A stretch of 64,000 nucleotides of DNA. It comes from Eledone cirrhosa. Its lineage: Eukaryota. This document shows, piece by piece, positions 1 to 12,712 of this stretch. Below the pieces are notes generated by a model. That model did no database searches and had not been told where the DNA came from. It worked only from the letters and a program-made list of their open reading frames with translations. Position 1 is the first letter of the stretch. Each line of letters starts with the position of its first letter. The stretch lies in the NCBI GenBank assembly GCA_964016885.1, contig OZ024740.1, forward strand, positions 394,816,001 through 394,880,000. The letters are read 5' to 3'. Made by a program: the position numbers and the translations under genes.

Positions 1-93
1 CTAAAATCTCCCCATGTTGCCTCATTTCTCCCCGTTTTGGGGCACTTTTTTTCAAGGTACTCCTCGTTTGGGTTTTAGAGGTTGGCAGGTCTG
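1..93. mobile_element. Right end of a hAT-like DNA transposon/MITE, truncated by the window start
   Basis: Ends in GGTTGGCAGGTCTG, the reverse complement of a CAGACCTGCCAACC hAT-type TIR; the other end is not visible. Confidence 0.4.
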
Positions 94-309
94 TTATTAT
101 TATTGTTATTTACATCTAATTAGACTTCAAAAGCTTTTCCCAATTGACTACTATTTAAGAGAGTATCGTGTGTAATTTGAGTAAATTTCGCTGCTATTCC
201 TAGCAGCTCGAACAGTGGTTCGTTGATTCATATGGGATTGTTACCTGCGAAAGACTGGCAAGCTATTGAAAGAAAATGTATTTACACTTTATTCTATAAT
301 TATTGATTC

Positions 310-610
310 AAGCATGGACTCGAGGTTGTGAGTTCGATTCCCGGACCGGCTGAGGCGTAGTGTCCTTCAACAAGACTATTTATTTCACGTTGCTCCAGTA
401 CACTCAGCTGCAGAAATTAGTTGCAACGTCTCTGGTGCTAAACTCTCTCGGTCTTTACCTTTCTCTTGGACAAATCGATGGCATGGAGAGGGGAGACTGG
501 TACGCATGAACGACGGCTGGTCTTCCACAAAAGCAACTTGTCCGGCCATGGAAGCGAACTTTTAGGCGCAAAACCATGGTTATTCATGACCGAAAGTGGT
601 CTTTACCAAT
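310..610 (+). mobile_element. tRNA-derived SINE
   Basis: B-box GAGTTCGATTCC (~330-341) followed by the GTGTCCTTCAACAAGAC body motif; related head at 7000-7110. Confidence 0.6.
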
Positions 611-670
611 TTATATATTCTAGAGATTACCTACATCATTTAGACATAATAAGAATATTAATATATTATA

Positions 671-860
671 TATTATAACGAGTCGGGACCCGACGGCTGA
701 GCTTTTGTCGTTTCAATAGCAAGTCTCGAACTATCTGTTGAAACGGCAAGAGCTCAGCCGTCGGGTCCCGACTCTTTATAATACAACCATACTCTACTAT
801 TCAAGTATCGATTACACTGTTGAGTAACGGTCGAACTAGTTTTACATTGGTTCTATCCTG
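671..860 (+). mobile_element. Short PLE pseudo-LTR-derived insert, family A (hairpin plus tail)
   Basis: Inverted arms 671-719/735-783, tail 784-860, TA-rich flanks; contains GAAA-CGGC..GCCG-TC (hammerhead stem III and cleavage triplet); homologous to 29162-29333 and 60199-60395. Confidence 0.7.
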
Positions 861-924
<64 letters not shown>

Positions 925-1200
925 AATATCTACTGACCGAAGACCGGGAAAACCACAAATCAATGTAGTACTCGATGCATGATGAAATATAGAATGAGTA
1001 AATGTCCAGCCGCGATCTCCATGGTTTCAGCTTATTATCCTTTCATGCCAATGGTTTTGGGGGTATCATAAACAAATGGAGGATATCCGAGGCATCGTTA
1101 TTGCTAGTTGAAAACTATATATTGAAAAAACAATTGCCTTGAGGAAGCTTAGAGAGTTTCCAAGCTGAAACCACAAAACACGCGGTCGGACTTTTAGCTT
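925..1200. mobile_element. Old PLE-like inverted insert with degenerate hammerhead
   Basis: Diverged inverted arms ~1004-1033/1162-1191; TTGAGGA-AGCTT..AAGCT-GAAA-CC..GG-TC at 1139-1187. Confidence 0.5.
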
Positions 1201-1431
1201 AATACGCACACGCACGCACACACACACAAATATATATATTCCGTTTAGTTAACTATGATGTAATAATATGAAAAGCAGTTTACGTTATGTAACTCATCCA
1301 TCGTTGATGTTGAATCACGTTGCTGGTGCAGGAACGGGGTTAAATATTAATTTGATTAAAATGACAGGAGGCCGGTCTGGCGATATCCTTTTAAAGTTTT
1401 ATTTTTGCAAAAAAACACTTCATATATATAT

Positions 1432-1490
1432 ATATATATTTCAAGGGCCATGTTACGTAAGATCCTGGCGACATCATCAGGTTCAGATTT
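1432..1490 (-). ncRNA. Partial hammerhead ribozyme related to the 50-59 kb PLE pseudo-LTR
   Basis: Minus strand reads CTGATGA-tgtcGCCA..TGGCcctt-GAAA-TATATA; shares TGGCCCTTGAAATAT with 50561-50575; runs into (TA)n and lacks the 3' strand of stem I. Confidence 0.5.
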
Positions 1491-1750
1491 CACAATTAGT
1501 TACGGTAATCAATAACAGGAATTACGGCAAACACAAACAGAAAATAGAGACAATATTTGATTCGGAGATGGCCCACGAAATTGGTGTTATTGTTGCAGCA
1601 GGCCATTTCCGTTTGTCTTGTGCAGTTTCTGTCTTCCAGATTATACTCACACGGCATTGGTCAATCTGAGGTATAATTAGAAGACACTTGCCCAAAATGT
1701 CGGTATTGGGTTGAATCTAGGACCACACAGCTATCTTCCCGCTCTCCCCC

Positions 1751-1847
<97 letters not shown>

Positions 1848-1891
1848 GATTCTTGTTCACAATAATTTCTATTTTCATTTATATATATATA

Positions 1892-2396
1892 TGTACATAT
1901 ATATATATGTGTGTGCATGTATGTATATATATATATATACATACTACTGTACGTCTGTATACATATATGTATGTACGTATACATACTTATATTTAAGTAA
2001 CAGCCGTACTAAGAGTGAGAAATGAAATTTCGTTTCATTTTTTCCGTTTATCGTTTTCGGTGCCCCGGCCGATTAACTCACTCGATATGTAAATTAGGCT
2101 GCTCAGTCGTTAATATGCATAAGGAAAGTATATACTTTCAGACGTTCAATCATCTGGCAGGAAGGTATACGTTGCTGATGATAGCTAATAAGCTTGAAAC
2201 TAGTACAGCGTTCCATTGTCAGTGTTGAACAAATGAGCAATGATGGTTGCTAGACACTGTACGGCTTAATACGCGATGTTTGTTTACAAACACACCGAAC
2301 ATTATAATAAATGTTCGGTGAATCCATACGTACATATATATATGTGTGCATGTATGTATATATATATATACATACTACTGTACGTCTGTATACATA

Positions 2397-2400
<4 letters not shown>
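1892..2400 (+). mobile_element. Non-coding hammerhead-bearing repeat, more than one unit long (retrozyme-like)
   Basis: Direct repeat 1892-1992 vs ~2330-2400; HHR at 2156-2220; second copy at 46037-46430; (TA)n flanks. Confidence 0.65.
2156..2220 (+). ncRNA. Type I minimal hammerhead ribozyme with intact core
   Basis: Stem I CGTTG/CAGCG extended by GGAA/TTCC; CTGATGA 2175-2181; stem II AGCT-aata-AGCT; GAAA 2196-2199; palindromic stem III ACTAGT; GUA cleavage predicted after 2205. Confidence 0.85.
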
Positions 2401-2454
<54 letters not shown>

Positions 2455-2859
2455 CATGTGTATATGTGTATTTGTGTGTGTGGATATGCGCATGTGAGTG
2501 TGTGGATGTGAGAGAGAGAGAGATAGTGTGTGTGTGTGTGTGTGTGTTTTCGTCTGTATCACCCTAACTTTCGTGGTTCGACAAATATAAATCGATAATA
2601 TAAGTACCAACCTTATATAAGAAATACTGGGTTCTTATGGTTGACTAAACCCTTGAAGGCGGTGTTTCAATATATACATATATCTTTTCTCCAGGTTTCT
2701 CAGCTCCGATCTTCAAATGATTGTGAATGAGGGCAGGAGAAAGATAAAGTAGCTGTTAATGAAGTTTTCAGCTTCCAATAAATGTATCTTATTTCGTAAT
2801 AAGTACTTTCTTTTCTCTTGAATGTTAGCGCATTTCTTTTTGTGCGATAACAAACACAC

Positions 2860-2954
2860 GCACGCATGAATGCACGCACACAGACACACACACACACTCA
2901 GACACACACATACATACACATACATACACACACGCACATACACACTCAAACACA

Positions 2955-3027
<73 letters not shown>
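2860..3027. repeat. (CA)n microsatellite
   Basis: Direct reading. Confidence 0.95.
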
Positions 3028-3032
<5 letters not shown>

Positions 3033-3117
3033 TTTTTGCATTCTAAGTTCAAATCCTACCGTGGTTTACTTAGGTAGGAGACTTAGTCAGTCACCCGGTT
3101 TTACACTACTACCAGGT

Positions 3118-3273
3118 CTGTGCCGGATTTACCATTGTGCTTAAGCACAAGGCCCAGTTGTTCAGGGGATCTCATCTTCCTGCCACAAAAATTCTTTACG
3201 ATGAAGTTTTCAAATGTTTGTTGCCTCATAATTTAACTAGCACGGGGCCTCATTTATTCTAAATCTAGCACTG
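3118..3273. mobile_element. hAT-like MITE
   Basis: Imperfect TIRs CTGTGCCGGATTTA / TAAATCTAGCACTG; imperfect 8-bp flanks TACCAGGT/CACCTGGT. Confidence 0.45.
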
Positions 3274-3757
3274 CACCTGGTCCTTGGTGTTTTTAGCGGA
3301 GTCTACTCTGTTGCAAGCCTTTGGACCAGGTCTCCAGTTTGAGAAGCCTCCTCGCGCCCTCCAACTCGCCCCAGCAGCCCTAAACATGGATCAAAAGGAC
3401 TGTCATTCCCTTCTGATTAAATCATAAAGAAACAATTGTGTTTTTGTTTGTGATTATGCGTGTATTTATTTCTGTCTGTTTGAATGTACGTGATCTGTTC
3501 GTCATCCATACGCATATGCTTACATAATGATATATAGGAAGTTATGTCACTCTGGATATACATATGTACAAACATAACGCTATAGGCTGTGTTGCTTTAT
3601 ACGTTTGTGTATGCCCAGGTGGATCAAATCAAGCAGGTAGAATGACAGGTGAATACAAACGTATAACATATACAAACAGATTCACACAGACACGCATCCG
3701 CAGACATGTAAACACACACACATCGGCACACACACACACACGCACATATGCATGCAA

Positions 3758-4090
<333 letters not shown>

Positions 4091-4104
4091 TATATATATA
4101 TATA

Positions 4105-4195
4105 AATGAAGTATTTCCGTAGGAAAGATAAAGGAAAAGAGAGTGCTCTATGTAGGCTACAGAGCTTTTTAGTTATGTAATAATTATCTTATGTT

Positions 4196-4200
<5 letters not shown>
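4105..4200 (-). mobile_element. Short insert, family B
   Basis: AAGTATTTCCGTAG..GAGTGCTCTATGTAG..CAGAGCT shared with 6804-6972 and, as reverse complement, with 46934-46998; (TA)n on both sides. Confidence 0.55.
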
Positions 4201-4283
<83 letters not shown>

Positions 4284-4772
4284 GTGTATGTATATAAATA
4301 TATACTGTATATATATATATTACTGTATATATATATATATATATAATATATATGAGTGTGTGTGTGTGTGTTTATGTGTGTGCGTGCGTGAATGTGTTCG
4401 TCTCTATGTTTATGTTTTGATTGGTATAAAAAACGCTAATGTTTATATCGTGTCCTTTTATATCCTGTAGTTTCACAAACAGCCATAAAATATATACCAA
4501 ACTGAAATATATACTGGCAATGACTTGTTCGACAAAAAGCCCTCGTTGGCGGTGCCCTAGCATAGGCCAATAACTGAAACCTGAAAAAAAGAACGTTTGT
4601 TGTATATATTGTGATATAATAGGGTTACATAATATATCTTATATCGTACACACGCACATAATTCATCATCATTCACTCAAACATATATGAAACTGTAGTG
4701 ATTTCCTGAGATAAACTGAGCAGACGAGACTGTCTGTTTTTCCTTTGTTTTTTTTTTTTTGCCCACTCTCTT

Positions 4773-4842
<70 letters not shown>

Positions 4843-4898
4843 ATATATATATATATACACGCATGTGCATGTGTATACATATATATATATATGTATAT

Positions 4899-4940
<42 letters not shown>

Positions 4941-4966
4941 TATATATTATATATATTTATATGAAC

Positions 4967-5022
<56 letters not shown>

Positions 5023-6282
5023 TGTGTGTTCTCTTTGTAGATGTTGTCCTCCTACTGACAATGGTAAACGAGGAAACAGGTGAATGTACGAACGAACGAA
5101 CGAATGGATGAATGAATGAATGAATGAAGGAATGAATGGAAGAATGGTTGGATGAATGAATGGGTGGATGGGTCGAATGAGTGAATACTTTGGTGTATAC
5201 TTAGCGAAGGAATCTCGATGTTGTATAACCCGTTGTCATTTCTGTTTGAACAAGGCCCCAACTGTAGCCATCTCTTGTTTATTTTAGTCATCGCGTACTT
5301 ATCATTCGTTTCTTTTAATTTTATGGTGTTAGCTGTTATTTCTAGCAGGTGTATTGGATATATAGAGGCTTTGTCACTAGTAAGTAAAAACAATCTCCTT
5401 TGATAATGCACTGTATGACAAAATAAAACGGAATAGTCGCGGCTGGAACGTCTTTCAGAATAGGTATTGTTCAGAGTTGAACCGAAGCTAAACAACTACA
5501 TAAGACATTACTCTGTATTGATCTTGATCGTCTAGATATAGCAACGAAATATCCCTTAAATCTTAGTAAAGAACACGTTAAATAATGTGGCCCTAGTTTC
5601 CCCATACACAAGAAAAGGAGATGGGATCGTCATGGTTAGAATATTTTTGATCATAGGTCTGCTCAATTAAGGCTGACCGATACAGAGCGCAACAGCATAA
5701 ACAACCCCCGAGTGAGACCCGGCTTTCAAGAAATAGCGGCCAAATATCACTAAAATTGTACAGTACCATCTTCATAAAAATACATTGTATAATGCAGTTA
5801 TGTCTGAAAGGAATAAAGAAAATGAGGTGGTCATGGCTGGAATAACTTTAATGAGGGGCTGCTCAATCAGAGCTGGTCTGGTGGTAGAAGGATAAACAAT
5901 ACTAGTAACGAAAGCAATAACAGTAACAACAACAGTAACTATAATAACAATAGCAAGAGCAACAACAATAATAAGAACAATTCTCTAAAAGTTTGTTATA
6001 CTTTTGTATTCAACTTTCTTCCATTTTTCCCAGAAAATTAACTGAAGTTAACGTAAACTCACACACAACCTGACGTTCCATTCAGAAATCGAATCGCACA
6101 CACGAACACACAAATACTTAGAAATAAAGTTACCAACCAGCTACGGGCGCCGAGCCAGGCAGGAGAACAGCTAGAAGCAGCAGCCAGGTTTATCTTGAAC
6201 AAAAACATCAGTCTTTTTTGAAAGGTGGGAATAGGACATCGAGTAAAGTACACACACCCACACACAGACACACTCACGTGCC

Positions 6283-6598
<316 letters not shown>

Positions 6599-6681
6599 TA
6601 TATATATATATATATATATATATATAGATATATACATATATACATATACATATATATACATATACATATATATACATATAC

Positions 6682-6777
<96 letters not shown>

Positions 6778-6803
6778 GTGTGTGGTGTGTGTGTGTGCGT
6801 GTG

Positions 6804-6972
6804 TTAAGTATTTCCGTAGAAAAGGTAAAGGAAAAAAGAGTGCTATATGTATTGTAGAGAGCTATTTAATTACATAATAAACAACACAATATAATCATTT
6901 TGTCTGAATCATCTAGTTTCCTGAAACCTTCAATAATGAAATAATTATATTGTGTTGTTTATTATGTAATTA
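6804..6972 (-). mobile_element. Short hairpin-plus-tail insert, family B
   Basis: Arms 6867-6900/6939-6972, tail 6804-6866; homologous to 46768-46998. Confidence 0.65.
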
Positions 6973-6999
6973 TCTATATATATGTGTGTGTGTGTGTAA

Positions 7000-7110
7000 G
7001 GCGCGTGGCTTAGAGGTTAGAGTTTTCAACTCATGCCCCTAAGGTCGAGAGTTCGACAACTATCAACGCAACCTGTCCTTGAACAAGACATTCTATTCCA
7101 CTCTGCGATT
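7000..7110 (+). mobile_element. tRNA-derived SINE head
   Basis: A-box-like TGGCTTAGAGGTTAG, B-box-like GAGTTCGAC, followed by TGTCCTTGAACAAGAC. Confidence 0.55.
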
Positions 7111-7230
7111 TACACCTGATGGCATCGCCAAATGTCTTGCGCCATGATCCGATGACGTATGCTGACCATAGAAATACGTATTGTTATTTTTGAAAGATTA
7201 ATAGAATATTTGGAATCTGGCCTTTATTTC

Positions 7231-7279
<49 letters not shown>

Positions 7280-7283
<4 letters not shown>

Positions 7284-7445
7284 AACATGGGGAGAAGAAT
7301 ACTGCATAGTTGCACATGGATTACATATTATAAAATTAGTCTCTCATCAGTGATTTGCCAACGATCATTGGTATTTCATCGCATTAAAAAATGCGATGAA
7401 ATACCAATGATCGTTGGCAAATCACTGATGAGGGACTAATTTTAT
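7280..7445 (-). mobile_element. Short hairpin-plus-tail insert, family C
   Basis: 56-bp arms 7330-7385/7390-7445 (one mismatch seen), 4-nt loop, tail 7280-7329, (TA)n on both sides; arms contain CTGATGAG. Confidence 0.6.
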
Positions 7446-7496
7446 ATATATATAAAGAGAGAGGGGGAGAGGGAGAGAGAGAAAGAGAGATAGAGA

Positions 7497-7775
7497 GGAG
7501 AAGTTTCCACTGCTACAGGCTCGACCGCAAACCTGTCCGACCGATATTTGGAAAATTTACCCTCCTCGGTCCTATGTGCAGCAGAGCCTGAGATAGTCGC
7601 AGACTGCACCACGTTGCCGCTGGAGAAAGTGTCGCTGCATATGGCATCCCAGATGAGGCGTTTACCATTGCGGAACGGGAAGATAGTCATGCCGTCTAGC
7701 CTTTTGCCGTCTCCTCAGCCCAGCCCCACTGGCCCGAGCTGGGAGGGAAGTCTGCTGCACCCAAGCCATTTTTAT
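7497..7775 (-). pseudogene. Non-LTR retrotransposon restriction-like endonuclease fragment (CRE-like)
   Basis: Translation DGMTIFPFRNGKRLIWDAICSDTFS..EEGKFSKY..PVAVETS matches the PD..D..ET RLE domain pattern. Confidence 0.7.
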
Positions 7776-8037
7776 GACCTTGCAATTTCATGACTGAATT
7801 TTTCTTTGAGAATGTTTAAATACTGAAAATAAATCTTATAGCCTGGCCTGATACAACTTTTTTAGAACATTTTTAAACAATGCAGTGGGAGTTGTCTTAT
7901 CCTTGTGCTAACTTGGTAAACAACGATATGTTTCCTCCTTATAAGATCTCCACAGCTGCTACACAGAATTCCTTCGCAGCGTGCGGTCTTCCAGTTAATG
8001 CCAAGCTTCCCGTTTACAGGCACATTTCCTGAATGAT

Positions 8038-8326
8038 CTACTTGAATTACGCGAATTCGCTTTAACGCCTCTGGAAAACATATTATTAAATATTCAATTT
8101 GCGCGAATAACGCGTTATAACAAGTGTGGTTTTTAATTATTCTATTTATCAGAAATATAATTTAATATTAGAATTGACAAAGGAAATCATCAGAAATAAT
8201 AATATAGTATATATTAGAGTTGCATTTCTATTAATTTAAATGGGAAAATTAAACTTGACTTACGCGAATTTGCTTTACGCGCCGCGTTCACGAACGCATC
8301 TTTGCATAAAAAGCGAACAGACTGCA
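8038..8326. mobile_element. Degenerate pogo/Tigger-like MITE
   Basis: Repeated TTACGCGAATTCGCTTTA subterminal motif; end resembles GACTG-TA. Confidence 0.3.
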
Positions 8327-8869
8327 CTTGCCTTGAGAACTCAATCTCTAGTGATGTCGTAGAGTCAACATCGTGGCACAGCTGAACTCAACGATATTAG
8401 ATCTGACCCCAGAGAGAAAGAGAAGAATCAATCCCTGTATTAGACTGGCACTTTAGATATCGACCCGACTAACCCCCCCCCCCCCACCCGCCCGCCCTAG
8501 AAATTGATGAACAACAAAGTTGAACACAGCAGGATATGAAGTTAGAGCCCAGATAGCCAGAAAGTACTTAACCATGTCTGTATGTATGTGTCTGTCCAAA
8601 TCTTTAACCGGTTATGTGGTCTAACACTATCAGAGGCAAATAAATGAAAATATCCGTAAGAACTGAAGGAGTGAACGAACCAATAAAACAAAGATAAGGA
8701 TAAATAAATGAATAAAGTATACAACTGGTAGATGAGTTTACTGAATGAACACAACTGTGTCTAATAATTTAGTATTTTACAGATATACCCAACAAAAAGA
8801 CGAATTGTATTTTACTCGCGCTCTTCTCCTGCTAGAAACATGTGTTAATTCCCACACTGCCATCTTATA

Positions 8870-9045
8870 CAGTGAAATTCCGTTATAACGAAATTCACGG
8901 GGTATAAAAAAGAATTCCTTGTAAAGAAAAATTCTTTATAACGAGATCGACCTAACACATTGAGCGTGTGGCCGGGGATTGAAAAACAATTAGTTATACT
9001 GAAAAAATCGTTATGATGGTATTCGTTATAAAGGAATTTTACCTG
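8870..9045. mobile_element. pogo/Tigger-type MITE
   Basis: TIRs CAGTGAAATTCCGTTATAACGAA / TTCGTTATAAAGGAATTTTACCTG with TA target duplication. Confidence 0.8.
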
Positions 9046-9312
9046 TAGAAGGAAGGCCATATTGAATAATATTGAAGCACTTCTAAAATAGAAAAAAAAA
9101 TAAAACTGACTCGAATGTCACTTTTGAGTCAGATTTTAATCACGGCTCTGCTGGATCAGGGTTTCTTTTCATTAGAAATACTAGTCGCAGCCATAAAACT
9201 TACTTTCCTAACTCTCTCAAAGCTCAAATATTCTACTGCTGACAACGTATCGCACACACGGACAAAATTAGCAACTGTTACACACACACATTTCTCTCTT
9301 TCTCTATCTCTT

Positions 9313-9361
<49 letters not shown>

Positions 9362-9984
9362 GTGCGTGTGTGTATGTGTGTATGCGTATGGGTGTATGTG
9401 TGTGATTGTGCTTGTGTGTGAGCGTGTGTGTATGTGTTTGTGTGTGCATGTGGGTGTATGTGTTTGTATATGTGTGTGTGTGATTGTGTTTGTGCGTGTG
9501 TATGTGTGTGTGTGTATGCGTGTGTTTGTGTGCGTGCATGTTTGTGTGTGTTTGTGTGCGTGTGGGTGTATGTGTGTGTGTATGTGCATGTGTCTGTGCG
9601 TCTGTGTGTTTGTGTGTTTGTGCATGTGTGTGTTTGTGTATATGTTGGTGTGTGAGTGCATGTGAGTGTGAGTGCATGCATTTGTATTCTTTGACATTTA
9701 TTCCAAGTCAGACTAAAAGTGCCTTGGTAATCGTTATGTTTACCGCGCTATGCGTTCAAATTGCGCCCGGGTCGATAAATAAAGAATTAGTACTAGAACA
9801 GTTTTTTTTATCTCTCCCTCGCTTTATGTTTTTTTCTCTGGGTGACATCGACTGCGTTACAGACTGAAGACACTTCATTGGGAGTTAAGTGTCGTTAATA
9901 TTTATGAAAATTAGGTTCCGTATATGCTAACAATAGATGTTTTCTTTTTTCGTCAAACTACATCCACTAGGTCTTATGAGTCTG

Positions 9985-10970
9985 CTGGCAACATGCAACC
10001 CAGTACAAACTGTCGTATGGTCGGGTCATCGGCGACTAAACCGGCAACCCCACCAAGTTTACTTGGTGAGGAGGGTTATTTTGGACACCCCGCAGGACAA
10101 AAAACAAAACCTGACAAAAGGCGGAAGTCCACGGCCATCCAAAAATGTGTAAATATGTATATACACATGTATATATGTATGTGTATGTATATGCGTGGGG
10201 TCATAGAAATAGTCAGGCTGGATACCCGATCACGCGGTTAAGCCACTGGGAGTGAAGGACCCCTAGCCTTTGTCAGGGCATTCTTCTAGGAGAAGGCAAC
10301 TCGGGAAACTGGGATAACTCCGATATAAAACCTGCGGCTCAGTAGTTAGCGATGATGTTGATCTTTTCTTCTCTTCGGGTTATAGCTACTGTCGCTGAGA
10401 GAGTGGGATAGGCTCAGTGCATAGTCTTTTCCCACTTAAAAAAAAAATCTTCACGCATAGGCATTGCACGATAGCATTAATTAATAATTATTAATAATGG
10501 TATATCGTGCAATGGTCATACTCGATAATGAGGGGGCAGCTATCATATATGCATATATATATATATATATATATGTATGCATGTATATGTCAAATCGTTC
10601 TTCAGCGCTACTGGTAACATGTAACCTGCACAATCTGTACATGGTCAGGTCGCCGGTGACTAAACCGGCAAACCTACCAAGCTTGTTTGGTGAGCAGGGT
10701 AATTTTGGACACTCTGCGGAATGAAAAACAAAACCCATCAAAGGGCGGAGGAACTCAGGAGAGTTAACAGCCATCCAATATAGTCTTCTTTTCTTTTTTT
10801 TTTCTTTTTTGTGGAGCGAGAGCTCCTAGTCACCATTAAGACATCAGGAAAAGGTCACACTGATATAAAACCTGCGACTTCAAATGCATTCAATGTTCAG
10901 AGAATGGAATTGGCCCCGTGCAAAGCCCTTCCTCACTTAAAAAAGCTTAAGTACAGGTATTGCTTGATAT
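9985..10970 (+). mobile_element. Two copies of an interspersed repeat, probably an RTE-type LINE 5' region
   Basis: GACTAAACCGGCAACC..TTGGTGAGGAGGGT..GGACAC at ~10030-10130 and ~10655-10750; reverse-strand copy at 59930-60186. Confidence 0.5.
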
Positions 10971-11169
10971 GTGACAGTTTTGTGTGATCCATGGAATCGC
11001 TGGCCGTAGGCCACGTGTTCATTCCATCTCCCTCACCCTCTCTCTATCTCGCTATCACTCTGTATTTCGTTTTCTGAAGGATAGGGCTGTGTCTATGACT
11101 TTCGCAGCTCCTTCAAGACAGTTCAATTGATGCCTTTAAGGTTTAGTTCAAACAGTTGCAAATCGCCGT

Positions 11170-11600
11170 CTCAAGAAAACACATGAGTAAGGGAATATTG
11201 CATAAATTGACTTACTGTGAAGGAAGACTTTTGCGATGTGTTGAGTACTGAGACAAGAGCGGTGGACACAATATGGATGATGAAATTAAGAAATACATGT
11301 AAATCGAGTGTTTATGTGGATATGTTGAGAGGAGCCAAGTTTGAGAAGCCGTTGCTATTTTATTTGCGGTAACAGAGTCAAAGAGGCGAATCAGCACAGC
11401 AGTTGGTGAAACGCTGCAGAATATAGGTAAGCAGCTTTATGACAAATAGTCGAATTACTTTCTTCATAATTCTGTTTAGGATGATCGAGTGGGTAGAAAC
11501 ACCAGCTCCATAACAGGTATGGCAGCTGGAGTCAATTCTGAATCCAGGCTGGAGCACCATAAAATAAACTTTTAAAAATTTTATCCGTACCACATTCAGG
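11170..11600 (-). pseudogene. LINE ORF2 C-terminal remnant (CR1/L2-like)
   Basis: Frameshifted translation RIDSSCHTCYGAGVSTHSIILNRIMKKVIRL..HRKSLP resembles the LINE ORF2 C-terminal pattern. Confidence 0.5.
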
Positions 11601-11624
11601 TATGTTCTCTAGGGTTTAAGGTCT

Positions 11625-12085
11625 TTGATCACAATAATTTATGCAAGATGATCTTTTAGTCCAACTGAACTTTTTCATGCGGCCTTTTTGTTCTATAAGG
11701 AGAATACATTTGGTTAATAGGTAATGTTATGTTTACTCAGACAGTATTTCATTTAACAATTTCCATAGCAGCTTTAAGCAGCTAACAGGCCTGTAATTTC
11801 AACCTACAGGCCCTTTAGTAGGTTCCTTCTTAATGATCCTGGTCCAACCCTCAAACTTTCAGCATCGTATTTCACTGAGTGCAATGCATTTATTAAGATG
11901 GATGCCAATAAATGTATGCAGTGCATTAAAATACTTAATCCAAAAGCCCTGGATGCAGTCTGGTCTTGGATTATTCAAGTTTGGCAATCTTTTTTTACTC
12001 TGCGTATTGATATCGTTACTACAGTAACCCTGTTTGGGTACTTCTCTAAGCTGAATAAACTCTGCAGGCACACATTCGGTTAATG
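11625..12085 (-). pseudogene. R4/Dong-like non-LTR RT N-terminal fragment
   Basis: Translation RLPNLNNPRPDCIQGFWIKYFNALH..NYRPVSCLKLLWKLL..EQKG, interrupted by stops. Confidence 0.7.
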
Positions 12086-12139
12086 CACGAGCATTATTGA
12101 TTTGTGGTGTTTTTTGGGTTTTTTTTTTTTAGCCGCCCG

Positions 12140-12712
12140 TGGTAAATACTGCGCAGAAACGCACAACAAGTATACTACTTAATTTTGTTGATTAACTGTT
12201 TGGTTTTTTTTTTCCCTTTTCTGATTAGTATAACTAATAATTTTGTGAATATTGATACTTTTGTCTATCGTAATCTATTAATTTCATCAACGCACAACAA
12301 AATATTCATATAAACCAATATTGATACCCTCCCGTGTGGGGTAAAAGCAAAGCACAGTAACGTGCAGCAACGTGTAGTAAGCTTGGTACTTAATTTTTGT
12401 TGATCAAATTATTCTTCCTTTTTCTCATTGGTATATTTGTAATTTCATGAATATTGATACTTTATAATATCCATAAAAAGTTCTAGATTTACCAACAAGA
12501 AAACAAAAAGGAAAGAAAGAATTTCTTGTGGTGCGTTGATAAAATTACTAGATTATTCCACAGGGAAGTATCAATAACCATAACATTACTAGTTATACTC
12601 CAGAAAAAGGATGAAAAATGAATTTTATCAACAAATATTATTACGCTTGCACGGCGTCGCTATCCGTGACTGCATCTTGCCGAGTATTGCTACAGTGTAT
12701 TTCCCACAATTC
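12140..12712. mobile_element. Diverged foldback element/MITE
   Basis: Diverged inverted arms ~12140-12300 and ~12525-12712 (TCAACGCACAACAA vs TTGTGGTGCGTTGA). Confidence 0.45.
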
